A stretch of 64,000 nt of DNA, taken from NCBI GenBank assembly GCA_965215505.1, contig OZ244065.1, forward strand, positions 1,216,001 through 1,280,000, written 5' to 3'. Below are positions 1-9,190 of this stretch, one piece after another (positions within the stretch are counted from its first letter, which is position 1; each line of letters begins with the position of its first letter). The stretch is from Capsulimonadaceae bacterium. GTDB taxonomy: Bacteria > Armatimonadota > Armatimonadia > Armatimonadales > Capsulimonadaceae. Both the position numbers and the translations under genes were made by a program. A model generated the notes under the pieces. That model did no database searches. It saw only the letters and a program-made list of their open reading frames with translations, and was not told the DNA's origin.

Positions 1-207
1 GGTGAGGGACTTGGTGACGCTGGCGAGGGGGAACACGGTCTGCGGCGTAACCGGCAGGGCGTTCTTGACGTCGCGCTGTCCGTAGCCGGCGCTCAGGATG
101 ACCTTCCCGTCCTGGACCACGGCGAGGGCCACGCCCGGCACCTTCCATTGCGCCCGCTCCTGCTCGATGAACTCGTCCAGCCCCGCCAGCCGTGATTTCT
201 CTGCCAT
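1..207 (-). CDS. Serine hydrolase, beta-lactamase family (5' part; runs off window)
   Basis: Manual translation MAEKSRLAGLDEFIEQERAQWKVPGVALAVVQDGKV...GYG...TVFPLASVTKSLT with SxxK motif; GGAGG RBS upstream. Confidence 0.88.
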   Translation of the reverse strand, partial: MAEKSRLAGLDEFIEQERAQWKVPGVALAVVQDGKVILSAGYGQRDVKNALPVTPQTVFPLASVTKSLT

Positions 208-425
208 GCCCGCCTCCTGCCGTTATGATACCCTACGCCGCTTCCCAAGAAATAAAAACCTGATATTTCTACTTTGGCATGATTCATGCAGTGGACAACA
301 TTGACAAACCTGTTTTGTCCCTTTGTCCCGCAACAGCTCTCTCCATTGAGCGGGACATTCCTCCAGCACCGCACGACGCTTGGATTCTAGCCTGGACCAT
401 TTCTCCCGCAGGAAGGGAAAAGACC

Positions 426-1439
426 ATGCAGATCTCTGATCACGCCAGAAGCTCGGCCTCCACGACCAGCCTTCTTCTGGCACTCGTCACCGCCGCCCTC
501 ATCAGCACGGCCCGGCCCGCCCAGGCCCAGCTCACCCTGACATCGAATGGGACCGCTCTCGGCTTCAGCCTTTCCACCTTCGCAAGCGGCTTCTCTAGCG
601 TCAACAACATCGGGCCACTCGGCATTGCCTTCCCCAGCGCGGGCGGCGTTCTGGCCACGGACTACCTCGGCAATGCGCGTCTCTTCCCGACAGACACCGA
701 TGGGCAAAATGTCGCGTCTACGCCTGTGGCCCAAAACTACGGCAACAGAAACATCCTCGGCTTGGCACAGGTCGGCGGTGCCATTTACATGAGTCAGGAC
801 AATCAGGGAAGTGTGCTTCAACTCAACCCTAACGGCACATTCAATCAAACCATTGTCAGTGGTCTCGGTGGAGCACAGGGCATCGTGGGGAACCCAGCGA
901 ATGGGCATCTATTTGTCGCCAACGCCAACGGAAGAATCTTTGATGTCAACCCTATCGCCAAGACCGCGACAGCGTTGGTCATCGGTTTCCCAATCGACGG
1001 AGTCTCACTTTCTTCTGATGGCAAGACCTTGTATGGGGCCGACATCGCGAACGGTCACATCTACGGTTTTAACACCAGCACAGGTGCCGGAGTCTTCGAT
1101 TCAGGCTTTATCCCCGGCGGCGTAGACGGGACAGCAGTGGGCTACGGAAGCCTGACCGGCAATCTCTTCGTCAACACCAACGGCGGGACGCTGATGGAAA
1201 TCAGTCTGGCGAACTCATTCCTGCCGACAGCGATCGCCAGCGGCGGCTCCCGAGGCGATTTCGTAAGTGTGGACCCTAACAACGGGACTCTGTTACTGAC
1301 GCAGTCCGACCGCATCCTCCGCCTGTCGGGAGGCAACTTCAGCCCCGTCCCCGAAGCCTCTTCCGTCATTTCCTTTGGCTTGATGCTGCTCGGCGGCTGC
1401 GGTGTGTTCCTGGCTTCCCGGAAGCGCAAGCCTCGCTAG
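426..1439 (+). CDS. PEP-CTERM surface protein, probable beta-propeller
   Basis: Signal peptide ending AQA; C-terminal VPEASS, TM helix and RKRKPR tail. Confidence 0.85.
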   Translation: MQISDHARSSASTTSLLLALVTAALISTARPAQAQLTLTSNGTALGFSLSTFASGFSSVNNIGPLGIAFPSAGGVLATDYLGNARLFPTDTDGQNVASTPVAQNYGNRNILGLAQVGGAIYMSQDNQGSVLQLNPNGTFNQTIVSGLGGAQGIVGNPANGHLFVANANGRIFDVNPIAKTATALVIGFPIDGVSLSSDGKTLYGADIANGHIYGFNTSTGAGVFDSGFIPGGVDGTAVGYGSLTGNLFVNTNGGTLMEISLANSFLPTAIASGGSRGDFVSVDPNNGTLLLTQSDRILRLSGGNFSPVPEASSVISFGLMLLGGCGVFLASRKRKPR

Positions 1440-1453
1440 GCATGACACGCATC

Positions 1454-1503
1454 AAAAAAAGAACACCCGCACCTCCCGTGAGAGGGCGCGGGTGTTCTTT
1501 TTT
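1454..1503. terminator. Bidirectional intrinsic terminator
   Basis: A7-GAACACCCGC...GCGGGTGTTC-T6 between convergent genes. Confidence 0.85.
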
Positions 1504-1523
1504 GCGACGGCCCGGCGCACGGA

Positions 1524-2597
1524 CTAGCTCAACGGCGCGGTCTTGGGCGCGTCGTACCAGTCCACCGTCCAGTCGTCGAACGAGGCGGTGGTGTTGCCCT
1601 GGGTCCACAGGCCGACCTTGCCGCCGGTGTAGTTCGGGAGGGTCGTGCTGATGCGCTTCTGCATGTCCACCCACCCACGCACCTGGCCGTCGTGGACCAG
1701 GAGCCGCAGCGTGTGCCAGCCGGGCGCGAGCGGCGTGGGGGCGGCGACCGCGGGCGGGGGGGTGATGCCGGCCACCGGGGAGACGGCAGGCACAGGCGGG
1801 ACCGGGGCGGCGGGCAGGGTGATCGAGGTCTGCTGCACGGTCGTGTGGGTGGCCCCGGCGATCTGGATCAGCGACAGGTCGCCCAGAGCCTGGTTGCACC
1901 GCAGGACGGTGTAGTTGTTCGGGTCGAGGTAGGCGCAGACGATGCCGACGGCGGGGCTGGCCTTGCCGGCGTCGATGCGGAAGCGGACGCGGATGTCGGC
2001 GTTGCGCCCCTGGTCGGCGCGGTCCAGCAGGAGGGCGAAGCGGTCCGCCCGGAAGTTCGGGCCTGTAGCGCGGGCGACCATGCCGTCGGGTCCGGCCTTG
2101 TCGGCGGCGACGGACCAGACCGGGGCCGGGCCGGGCGTCCCCGACCCGACCGGGGCCAGGCCCGTCAGGCCGCCCGCCGCGAAGTTGAAGACGCGGGTGG
2201 AGGCGGGCGCGTCCGTCCAGACGTCCAGCGTGTCGGTCGCCCACGGGTCGGACGGGCGCTGGTTGCGGCCCCCCGGACCCGTCTTGGGCGCGAAGGTCGC
2301 CAGATAGTCCACGATCTGGGCGGCCTCTCCCGGCTCGATGGAGTCGGAGGCGTGGTACTTGGTCAGCATCGTCGTCACGGTGCGCTGCCACTCGCGCCGG
2401 GTGTAGGCCTTCTCCTCGGGCTTGGGCAGGTTATGGCAGGCGGAACACTTCTCGGCGTAGAGGGCCTTGACCTGAGTGGTGTCGGCCTTGGGTGTGTCGG
2501 CGACCGAGCGCGTGGGGGCGGACAGGCCGGCCGAAAGGGCGATGCCTGCGGCGGCGAGGGAGGTGACGGCGGCGACAAGGGTGCGAGGGTTCTTCAT
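1524..2597 (-). CDS. Exported c-type cytochrome fused to a ConA/DUF1080-like beta-sandwich domain
   Basis: Signal peptide; CSACH heme motif; C-terminal WHTLRLLVHDGQV...GGKVGLW...ASFDD pattern. Confidence 0.7.
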   Translation of the reverse strand: MKNPRTLVAAVTSLAAAGIALSAGLSAPTRSVADTPKADTTQVKALYAEKCSACHNLPKPEEKAYTRREWQRTVTTMLTKYHASDSIEPGEAAQIVDYLATFAPKTGPGGRNQRPSDPWATDTLDVWTDAPASTRVFNFAAGGLTGLAPVGSGTPGPAPVWSVAADKAGPDGMVARATGPNFRADRFALLLDRADQGRNADIRVRFRIDAGKASPAVGIVCAYLDPNNYTVLRCNQALGDLSLIQIAGATHTTVQQTSITLPAAPVPPVPAVSPVAGITPPPAVAAPTPLAPGWHTLRLLVHDGQVRGWVDMQKRISTTLPNYTGGKVGLWTQGNTTASFDDWTVDWYDAPKTAPLS

Positions 2598-2698
2598 GGG
2601 ACAAAGTCTCCGGTGACGGCGATCAAGCGACGGTTTATTATAGCACGGATACGGCTGCGGTAGGTTGAAGACGCACGGCGGGACACGAAAGTTCACCC

Positions 2699-2727
2699 TT
2701 GACAAAGCGCCCGCCCGGTGTTATAAT
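2699..2727 (+). promoter_or_regulatory. Sigma70 promoter
   Basis: TTGACA-17-TATAAT with extended TG. Confidence 0.8.
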
Positions 2728-2764
2728 TCCGGGTCCCTCATCCCCATATTTCTACGAGGTCGCT

Positions 2765-2983
2765 TTGCAAGGATACTGTGTGCGCTGCCGCGCCAAACAG
2801 GAGATGCTCTCCGCCACACGGACGCTCATGAAGAACGGCCGCCGCGCCATGGTCGGCCTGTGCGCCTGCTGCGGCACGAAGATGTCGGTGGCCGGCAGGT
2901 GGGACGATGCGCCGGAGCAGGTGGCCCAGACGCAAGAGAACCCGGCCCCTCCCGCTCGCGAAAACGGCCGGGATTCTGGGTAG
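2765..2983 (+). CDS. DUF5679-like small zinc-ribbon protein
   Basis: TTG start after GAGGT; GYCVRCRAKQEM...MKNGRRAMVGLCACCGTKM. Confidence 0.75.
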   Translation: MQGYCVRCRAKQEMLSATRTLMKNGRRAMVGLCACCGTKMSVAGRWDDAPEQVAQTQENPAPPARENGRDSG

Positions 2984-3026
2984 AATGAGGACGGCGCGAC
3001 CCCGCGCAAGGAAGGTCTTTTCCCCA

Positions 3027-4175
3027 ATGGCAAATGATAAAGAATTTGTAAAAGGCCTGGAAGACGTGATCGCCGGCGAGTCCTCCATCTGTGACGTGGA
3101 CGGCAAGAACGGCAAGCTGATCTACCGGGGCTACGACATCCACGACCTGGCCCAGAACACGACCTTCGAGGAGGTCGTGTATTTGTTTTGGAACGGCGGC
3201 CTGCCGACGGCGAGCCAGTTGAGCGCGCTGCAAGCGGACCTTGACGCCGCCCGCGCCCTGCCCGAAGCGGCACTCGACATGCTCCGGCGGTTCCCCAAGA
3301 CGGCGACCGCGATGGATGCTCTGCGGACGGCGACCTCGCTGCTGGCACTCTACGATCCCGACGAGGGCGACGAGAGCATGGAAGCCAACAAGCGAAAGGC
3401 ACTGCGCCTGACCGCCCAGATGGGCACCATCGTCGCGACCCTGGACCGGCTGCGGCAGGGCGAGGAGCCGGTCGCACCGAAGCCCGGCCTGTCCACGGCG
3501 GGCAATTTTCTGTACCAGCTGACCGGCCGAGAGCCGAGCGAAACCGAGACGCACGCCCTGGACGTTGCCCTCGTCCTGCACGCCGACCACGAGCTGAACG
3601 CCTCCACCTTCGCCGCCCGCGTCACCGTCGCCACCCTGACCGACATGTACAGCGCCGTCACCAGCGCCGTCGGGACGCTGGCCGGACCGCTCCACGGCGG
3701 CGCGAACGTCAACGTCATGCACCTGCTGGCACAGATCGGCACGCCGGACCGGGCCGAAGAGGTCGTGGGGCAGATGCTGGCTGAGGGCAAGAAGATCCCC
3801 GGCATCGGCCACCGCGTCTACCGCGCGCTCGACCCGCGCGCCGTGTCCCTGCGCGAGATGTCCCGGCAGCTCGCCGAGTCGTCGGGCGACTCGAAGTGGT
3901 ACGAGATCAGCGAGCGCGTGCAGGAGGCCGCCGACAGGGCGCTGGCCGCCAAGGGCAAGACGACGCTGAAGGCGAACGTGGACTTCTTCTCCGCCTCGGT
4001 CTATCACATGCTGGGCATCCCCGACGACCTGTTCACGCCGGTCTTCGCCATCTCCCGCGTGGCGGGCTGGACCGCGCACATCCTGGAACAGCTCGGCGAC
4101 AACCGCCTGATCCGCCCGCGCGCCATCTACACCGGCCCGCGCGACCTGACGGTGAAGCCGATCGGCGAGCGGTAG
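3027..4175 (+). CDS. gltA: Citrate (or 2-methylcitrate) synthase
   Basis: LHADHELNASTF, GPLHGGAN, GIGHRVY, NVDFFSA, RLIRP motifs. Confidence 0.93.
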   Translation: MANDKEFVKGLEDVIAGESSICDVDGKNGKLIYRGYDIHDLAQNTTFEEVVYLFWNGGLPTASQLSALQADLDAARALPEAALDMLRRFPKTATAMDALRTATSLLALYDPDEGDESMEANKRKALRLTAQMGTIVATLDRLRQGEEPVAPKPGLSTAGNFLYQLTGREPSETETHALDVALVLHADHELNASTFAARVTVATLTDMYSAVTSAVGTLAGPLHGGANVNVMHLLAQIGTPDRAEEVVGQMLAEGKKIPGIGHRVYRALDPRAVSLREMSRQLAESSGDSKWYEISERVQEAADRALAAKGKTTLKANVDFFSASVYHMLGIPDDLFTPVFAISRVAGWTAHILEQLGDNRLIRPRAIYTGPRDLTVKPIGER

Positions 4176-4191
4176 ACACCCGACGCAGCGC

Positions 4192-4233
4192 AAGCGGCGG
4201 CCTCTCCCTTTCAGGAGAGGCCGCCGCTTGTTT
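4192..4233. terminator. Intrinsic terminator
   Basis: AAGCGGCGGCCTCTCC...GGAGAGGCCGCCGCTT hairpin between convergent genes. Confidence 0.75.
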
Positions 4234-4267
4234 GTGAAGGCTCGGGCCGGCAGATGCGAACGGTCCG

Positions 4268-4561
4268 TCAGGAGACGCGGACCCGGATGTCGTGGGTGGC
4301 GTGGGGGGGCTTGTCCGGCTCGAACCGCCGCGCCTGGCGGAAGTGGACGACGGTTTCGCCCGCCCCCACCCCCTTCAGCGCGAACTGTTCGTCCCGGCTC
4401 CCGGTACGCCCCCGCTCCGGGCCGGCGGGGACCGTCCCGAGCGCCTCGACGGCCACGACCGCCGGGTCTTCGGCCACCGCCGACCACTGGTAGCCCGCCG
4501 TGCCAAGCCCCGGCAGGGCCACCGTGGTCTGCTCGCCCGTCCGCAGCGCGATCTCTTCCAT
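4268..4561 (-). CDS. Chagasin-like (I42) cysteine protease inhibitor
   Basis: 97 aa; GTAGYQW (variant of NPTTGYxW) and RRFEP loop; follows a C1 protease. Confidence 0.8.
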   Translation of the reverse strand: MEEIALRTGEQTTVALPGLGTAGYQWSAVAEDPAVVAVEALGTVPAGPERGRTGSRDEQFALKGVGAGETVVHFRQARRFEPDKPPHATHDIRVRVS

Positions 4562-4596
4562 GGGTTGTTCCCCCGCGCCGCGAACGGGCGACGCCC

Positions 4597-6567
4597 TCAG
4601 TGCGTGGTCGAGCCGAAGACCGGCCCGGTGTGCCAGCCGTCGCCGCCGCGCCAGTAGTGCTGGAGGCCGCCGTCATTGAGCAGGGCGATCACCTCCAGGT
4701 CGAAGCCGAAGCTCGACTCGATTAGGCCGATGACCTGGCGGACGTTCCCGCCGAAGGTCGCGCTGTGGGACCAGTTCTGGCTCCCCTCGTTGTCCCGCCA
4801 CCAGTGCTGGATCTGGCCGTTCACGGCGACGCACAGCTCGTAGTTACCCTGCTTCAGCTCGGTCGTGGCGGCGAACTCGCCCTCGATCATGACGGGCGGA
4901 CTCTTGACCCCCGCCCCGAACTTCTCGGCCGCCGCCCAGCCCTTCTTGTCGGCGTCGTCGCGCCAGTACCGCTGCATGGTGCCGTCGGTGTTGACGCACA
5001 CCACGTCCAGGCCCCGGTCGTGGCGCTGGACCAGGGTTGCCCCGCTGAGGGCGACGTTCGCGCCGAAGGCCGCGCTCTGCTGCCAGGTCCACGGGGGGCC
5101 GTCCATCCGCCACCAGTGGACGAGGTTCCCGGCCGCCGTCCGGACCACGACCTCGAAGTTGCCGGGTGCGCCGTAGTCGCTCTGGATGAAGCCGGGGACG
5201 CCCGCGACGTTCGGCGGGCCGAACACGCCGCCGTCGTTCCATTTGGCGGTCGCCTGGTCGAAGAAGCGGTGGTGCAGCCGCCCGTTCGTTGTGGGGTAGA
5301 TGTACTCGAAGTTGCGGTTGAAGGTCGTCCCGGTCGCGGTGGGGCTTGCCGCGCAGTCGTTCGCCACCGTCTCGGCCAGCGCCCAGACGAGGGAACTGCC
5401 GTCCCGCCAGTAGTGGCGGATCGCGCCGCCGGGGGCGACGGACCAGGTTTCAAAGTTGCGGTGCAGTGCGCCGTCCCCGCTCTCGAACAGGTTCCCATTG
5501 TGGATGCGGCGTTTGGTGCAGGGGTCAGGGTTGAGGTTCGTGTTGGGGACGCCGAACTTGGCGTTGTCGTCGATGCCGCACTGGCCGTACCCGAACCAGC
5601 AGTAGCCGGCCATTCCCCAGCTCGTGCCCCAGGAGTTGCGGATCAGCCAGGCCTGGCGCGCGTCGTCGTACCCGACGATCACGATGCAGTGGCCGCCGCG
5701 CAAGGCCCCCGTGACGTGCTTGTACACGCCGGAGTTCGCCCCGTAAGCGTCGAAGTCCTCGAAGCACTCGAAGCAGGCGGAGAGCGGGCCGACGGCGTCG
5801 AGCCAGTCCTTCTGGTCCTGGATGTTGCTCAGGGTCACATAGCCCCCCACCTTGACGGTGCGGCCCGTCCGGTCCGAGGTGGGGGCGTAGGGCTTGTTCG
5901 CCGTCTCGTAGGGCCAGCAGCCGGGGTCGGCGACGCCCTTGGAGTCCATGAAGTCCAGCGCGTGCGTCGGCCAGCCGCCGTCCCCGCAGGCCGTCCCCAT
6001 GCCGTCGTGTACGTCGCCCTCGGAGCGCAGGCTCCAGACGAAGTGTTCGATGCGCGTCATCGCCTCGACCACCCCGACCGCGCTGAAGGCCCAGCAGGAC
6101 TCGCACGGCCCCTGGTCCTTGATCTGGGTCAGCCAGGTCCAGCTGAAACGGTTCCGCCAGTCTACCGAGGCGGGTGCGCCGCCGCCCGACGGCCCGCCGG
6201 ACACCGATGGTGCCCCGGCGACGGGTGCCTCCACATGGAGGACATGCCCGTTGGCGGAGATCGGGCCGAGGTTCTTGATGACGGGGCTGCTGGGCGCGTT
6301 GGGGATGAGCGTGTGCAGGGCGTCGGCGTTCATGAAGCCGCGCTGGATGCGCCGGTCGCGCAGGAAGGGGTTGTTGGTCGGGCCGCTCAGGAACTCCCTG
6401 ATCTGGACGCGCGGCACGTTTGCCGCCTTGACGGCCTGGGCGAGATCGCCCCCGAGGGCGTGGTGCGGGAGGGCATCCTGATCGCGCATCTGCGCGTCGA
6501 TCTTCCAGGATGCGTTGGCGGCGGTCAGTGCCTTACGCACGTCGCCGATAGTTAAAGCAGTTGGCAT
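4597..6567 (-). CDS. Papain-family (C1A) cysteine protease with C-terminal Trp-rich repeat domain
   Basis: SVDWR, DQGPCESCWAF, GGHCIVIVGYD, IRNSWG; repeated HYWRD/HWWR units. Confidence 0.92.
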   Translation of the reverse strand: MPTALTIGDVRKALTAANASWKIDAQMRDQDALPHHALGGDLAQAVKAANVPRVQIREFLSGPTNNPFLRDRRIQRGFMNADALHTLIPNAPSSPVIKNLGPISANGHVLHVEAPVAGAPSVSGGPSGGGAPASVDWRNRFSWTWLTQIKDQGPCESCWAFSAVGVVEAMTRIEHFVWSLRSEGDVHDGMGTACGDGGWPTHALDFMDSKGVADPGCWPYETANKPYAPTSDRTGRTVKVGGYVTLSNIQDQKDWLDAVGPLSACFECFEDFDAYGANSGVYKHVTGALRGGHCIVIVGYDDARQAWLIRNSWGTSWGMAGYCWFGYGQCGIDDNAKFGVPNTNLNPDPCTKRRIHNGNLFESGDGALHRNFETWSVAPGGAIRHYWRDGSSLVWALAETVANDCAASPTATGTTFNRNFEYIYPTTNGRLHHRFFDQATAKWNDGGVFGPPNVAGVPGFIQSDYGAPGNFEVVVRTAAGNLVHWWRMDGPPWTWQQSAAFGANVALSGATLVQRHDRGLDVVCVNTDGTMQRYWRDDADKKGWAAAEKFGAGVKSPPVMIEGEFAATTELKQGNYELCVAVNGQIQHWWRDNEGSQNWSHSATFGGNVRQVIGLIESSFGFDLEVIALLNDGGLQHYWRGGDGWHTGPVFGSTTH

Positions 6568-6721
6568 AGAACTCTCCTTGAAGCAGCAGTGGTTTCGGGG
6601 TCTAGCAACGGTGGTCCCTGCGGCGGCTCTTACGGCGCGTCGTCAGGTCTTGCGGGTGGAACGGGCAGGACAGGGGACTTGGTACATCGCGTGAGAGAAC
6701 TGTTGGAAACGCGATGAATGT

Positions 6722-6750
6722 ATTATAAGCCATTTTTCGTGATCTGTCAA
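6722..6750 (-). promoter_or_regulatory. Sigma70 promoter of protease-inhibitor operon
   Basis: TTGACA-17-TATAAT on minus strand. Confidence 0.8.
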
Positions 6751-6807
6751 GCCCTATTTTTGGTGTCTCGATGACATGAGAGCATGGAGGGGCGGACATG
6801 GAGAAGA

Positions 6808-6833
6808 AGGGCGAACACGAGGTTCGCCCCCAC
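6808..6833 (-). repeat. REP-like palindrome (GTGG variant)
   Basis: GGGCGAAC...GTTCGCCC stem with GTGG 5' end, like the other REP copies. Confidence 0.6.
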
Positions 6834-6959
6834 GGCAACGGGACCCTTTGTTCAGGGAGCGCGTCGCCACGTCCGGGGCGGCCAGATCGCCCGGCACGGG
6901 GGCATCAACCCGCGTGAACGTCCGCCGTATCAAGGAGCCGCTACTGCATGCGTCTCCCC

Positions 6960-8006
6960 TTACCGCTTGATGATCGCGTCGTCGTTGCCCGCCGTGACGA
7001 AGCCGCGCAGGAGCGGGCCAGCCAGGAACTCGTGCGGGAAGCCGAGTTCGATGCGGCTGGCCTCGTTCAGCTTTTCCAGTTGAGCCGCTCCCAATGTCAC
7101 GTCCAGGCAGGCGAGGTTGTCCTCGATCTGGTGCGCCTTGCGCGAACCGATGATCGGGATGACGTCCGGCCCCTGCGCCAGAAGCCAGGCCAGGGCGACC
7201 TGCGAGGGAGTCCGGCCCATCTCCGATGCGGCATCCACGACCGCCTGCGCGATGGACAGCTTGCGCTCGGAGAGGGGCGGCGAGCCGTCGCCGCCCAGCC
7301 GGGCACCCGCCTCTTTGGCGTCCCCGTTGTACTTGCCGGTCAGCACGCCTTGCCCCAGCGGGGACCAGGGGGTGACGGTCAGGCCGAACGCCTTCGCCAT
7401 CGGGATCAGGTCTCGCTCCGGCGTCCTCTCGATCAGGCTGTACTCGATTTGCAGGGCCACGAACGGCGTCCACCCGCGCAGGTCGGCCAGCGTATTAGCC
7501 TGGGAGACGACCCAGGCCGGGGCGTCGGAGATGCCGACGTAGCCGACCTTGCCCGCGCTGACCAGGTCGTCCAGGCCGCGCATGACTTCGTCCACGGGCG
7601 TCATGAAGTCCCACGCGTGGAGCCAGAGCAGGTCAATGTAGTCGGTGCCGAGCCGCTTCAGGCTGCCCTCCACCGAGCGCATCATGTTCTTGCGGCTGTT
7701 GCCGGCAGCGTTCGGGTTGCCCGCGTTGGCCGGGGACATGGGGCTGTCGGGCAGGGTGTACTTGGTGGCGAGGACGAACCGGTCCCGGTCGCCCGCGATC
7801 AGCTCGCCGGTGATCGTCTCGCTGCTGCCGTTGGTGTAGAGGTTGGCGGTGTCAATGAAGTTGCCACCCGCCGCCGTGAACGCCTCGAAGACGGCCCGGC
7901 TCTCGTCTTTGGAGGCCCCCCAGCCCCAATCCTCCCCGAAGGTCATGGTGCCGAGGCACAGCTCCGACACGCGCAGGCCGCTCCGGCCCAGTAGCTTGTA
8001 TTTCAT
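6960..8006 (-). CDS. Aldo/keto reductase
   Basis: LGRSGLRVSELCLGTMTFG, IDTANLY, GNSRK, PWSPLG. Confidence 0.95.
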   Translation of the reverse strand: MKYKLLGRSGLRVSELCLGTMTFGEDWGWGASKDESRAVFEAFTAAGGNFIDTANLYTNGSSETITGELIAGDRDRFVLATKYTLPDSPMSPANAGNPNAAGNSRKNMMRSVEGSLKRLGTDYIDLLWLHAWDFMTPVDEVMRGLDDLVSAGKVGYVGISDAPAWVVSQANTLADLRGWTPFVALQIEYSLIERTPERDLIPMAKAFGLTVTPWSPLGQGVLTGKYNGDAKEAGARLGGDGSPPLSERKLSIAQAVVDAASEMGRTPSQVALAWLLAQGPDVIPIIGSRKAHQIEDNLACLDVTLGAAQLEKLNEASRIELGFPHEFLAGPLLRGFVTAGNDDAIIKR

Positions 8007-8020
8007 CGTGTTCTCTTTCT

Positions 8021-9076
8021 TTAGGCAGCCAGCGAGGCCATGTCAATGACGAAGCGGTAGCGCACGTCGCTTTTCAGCACGCGCTCGAAGGCCTCGTTGA
8101 TGTCCTGGATGTTAATCATCTCCACATCCGCAGTGATGCCGCGCTCGGCGCAGAAGTCCAGCATCTCCTGAGTTTCGGGGATGCCGCCCGACCCCGAACC
8201 GGCGATGGACTTGCGCCCCGCCATGAGCGAAACACCCAAGACGGCCGGCTCCAGCGCATCAAGCTGTCCGACCAGGATTAGCGTCCCATCAAGCTTCAAA
8301 GTCGCCAGGTAGGGGTTGAGGTCGTGCGCGCTCGGCACCGTATCCAGGATGAAGTCGAAGCGAGCGGTGACCGCCTGCATCTGGGCAGGGTCGGTGGAAA
8401 GGACCACATGGTCCGCGCCCAGCCGCCGCGCCTCTTCCTCTTTGCCTGCGCTCCGGGTGAACAGCGTGACTTCGGCACCCAGCGCCTTGGCGAACTTCAG
8501 CCCCATGTGGCCCAGGCCGCCCAGGCCGACGACAGCGACTTTGTGGCCCGGCCCGATCTTCCAGTGCTTCAACGGCGAGTAGGTTGTGATGCCCGCGCAC
8601 AGGAGCGGCCCGGCGGCCTTGAGGTCGAGCGCATCCGGGATGTGCAGCACGAACCTGTCGGAAACGATGATCTTGTCCGAGTAGCCGCCCTGAGTGGGCG
8701 TGCCGTCGTGGCGGTCTTTGGCACCGTAGGTCGAAGTTGGGAACTCCTCGCAGTAGACCTCCAGCCCGGCGCGGCAGGACGCGCAGTGCCGGCAGGAGTC
8801 TACCAGGGTGCCGACGCCCACCATGTCGCCCGGCTTGAAGTCGGTGACGTCGGGGCCGACGCTGCTGACGCGCCCGATGATCTCGTGGCCCGGCACCATC
8901 GGGTAGGTACTCCAGCCCCACCCGTTGCGCGTCTGGTGGATGTCGGTGTGGCAGACGCCGCAGTAGAGGATGTCGATGCAGACGTCATCGGGTCGAGGGT
9001 CTCGTCGCTCAAACTGCCACGGCGCGACCGGCGTGGTCGCCGACTGTGCCGCATATCCTGAAGTTGTTATGCTCAT
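8021..9076 (-). CDS. Zn-dependent NAD(P)H alcohol dehydrogenase (CAD/YahK-like)
   Basis: CGVCHTD, GHEIIG, CRHCASC, GLGGLG, VRYRFVID. Confidence 0.95.
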   Translation of the reverse strand: MSITTSGYAAQSATTPVAPWQFERRDPRPDDVCIDILYCGVCHTDIHQTRNGWGWSTYPMVPGHEIIGRVSSVGPDVTDFKPGDMVGVGTLVDSCRHCASCRAGLEVYCEEFPTSTYGAKDRHDGTPTQGGYSDKIIVSDRFVLHIPDALDLKAAGPLLCAGITTYSPLKHWKIGPGHKVAVVGLGGLGHMGLKFAKALGAEVTLFTRSAGKEEEARRLGADHVVLSTDPAQMQAVTARFDFILDTVPSAHDLNPYLATLKLDGTLILVGQLDALEPAVLGVSLMAGRKSIAGSGSGGIPETQEMLDFCAERGITADVEMINIQDINEAFERVLKSDVRYRFVIDMASLAA

Positions 9077-9190
9077 TGGTTTCTCCTGCGATGTTGTGAG
9101 AGTATCTTACTTCCAATGGCACTGAAACCTGTGGCCGGATACTGCAAGGTTGTTGCCTAATCCTGCAAACGAGGCGGGTATACTCTGGAC

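Noticed and set aside
2826-4676. 616-aa minus-strand ORF, and similar long antisense ORFs (4765, 12013, 20227, 35166, 50725, 57108, 59939)
   Set aside because: Shadow frames of well-supported genes in high-GC DNA, with no motifs
6568-6716. Riboswitch in the protease leader
   Set aside because: Has a CATCGCGT/ACGCGATG hairpin but no aptamer consensus I recognise
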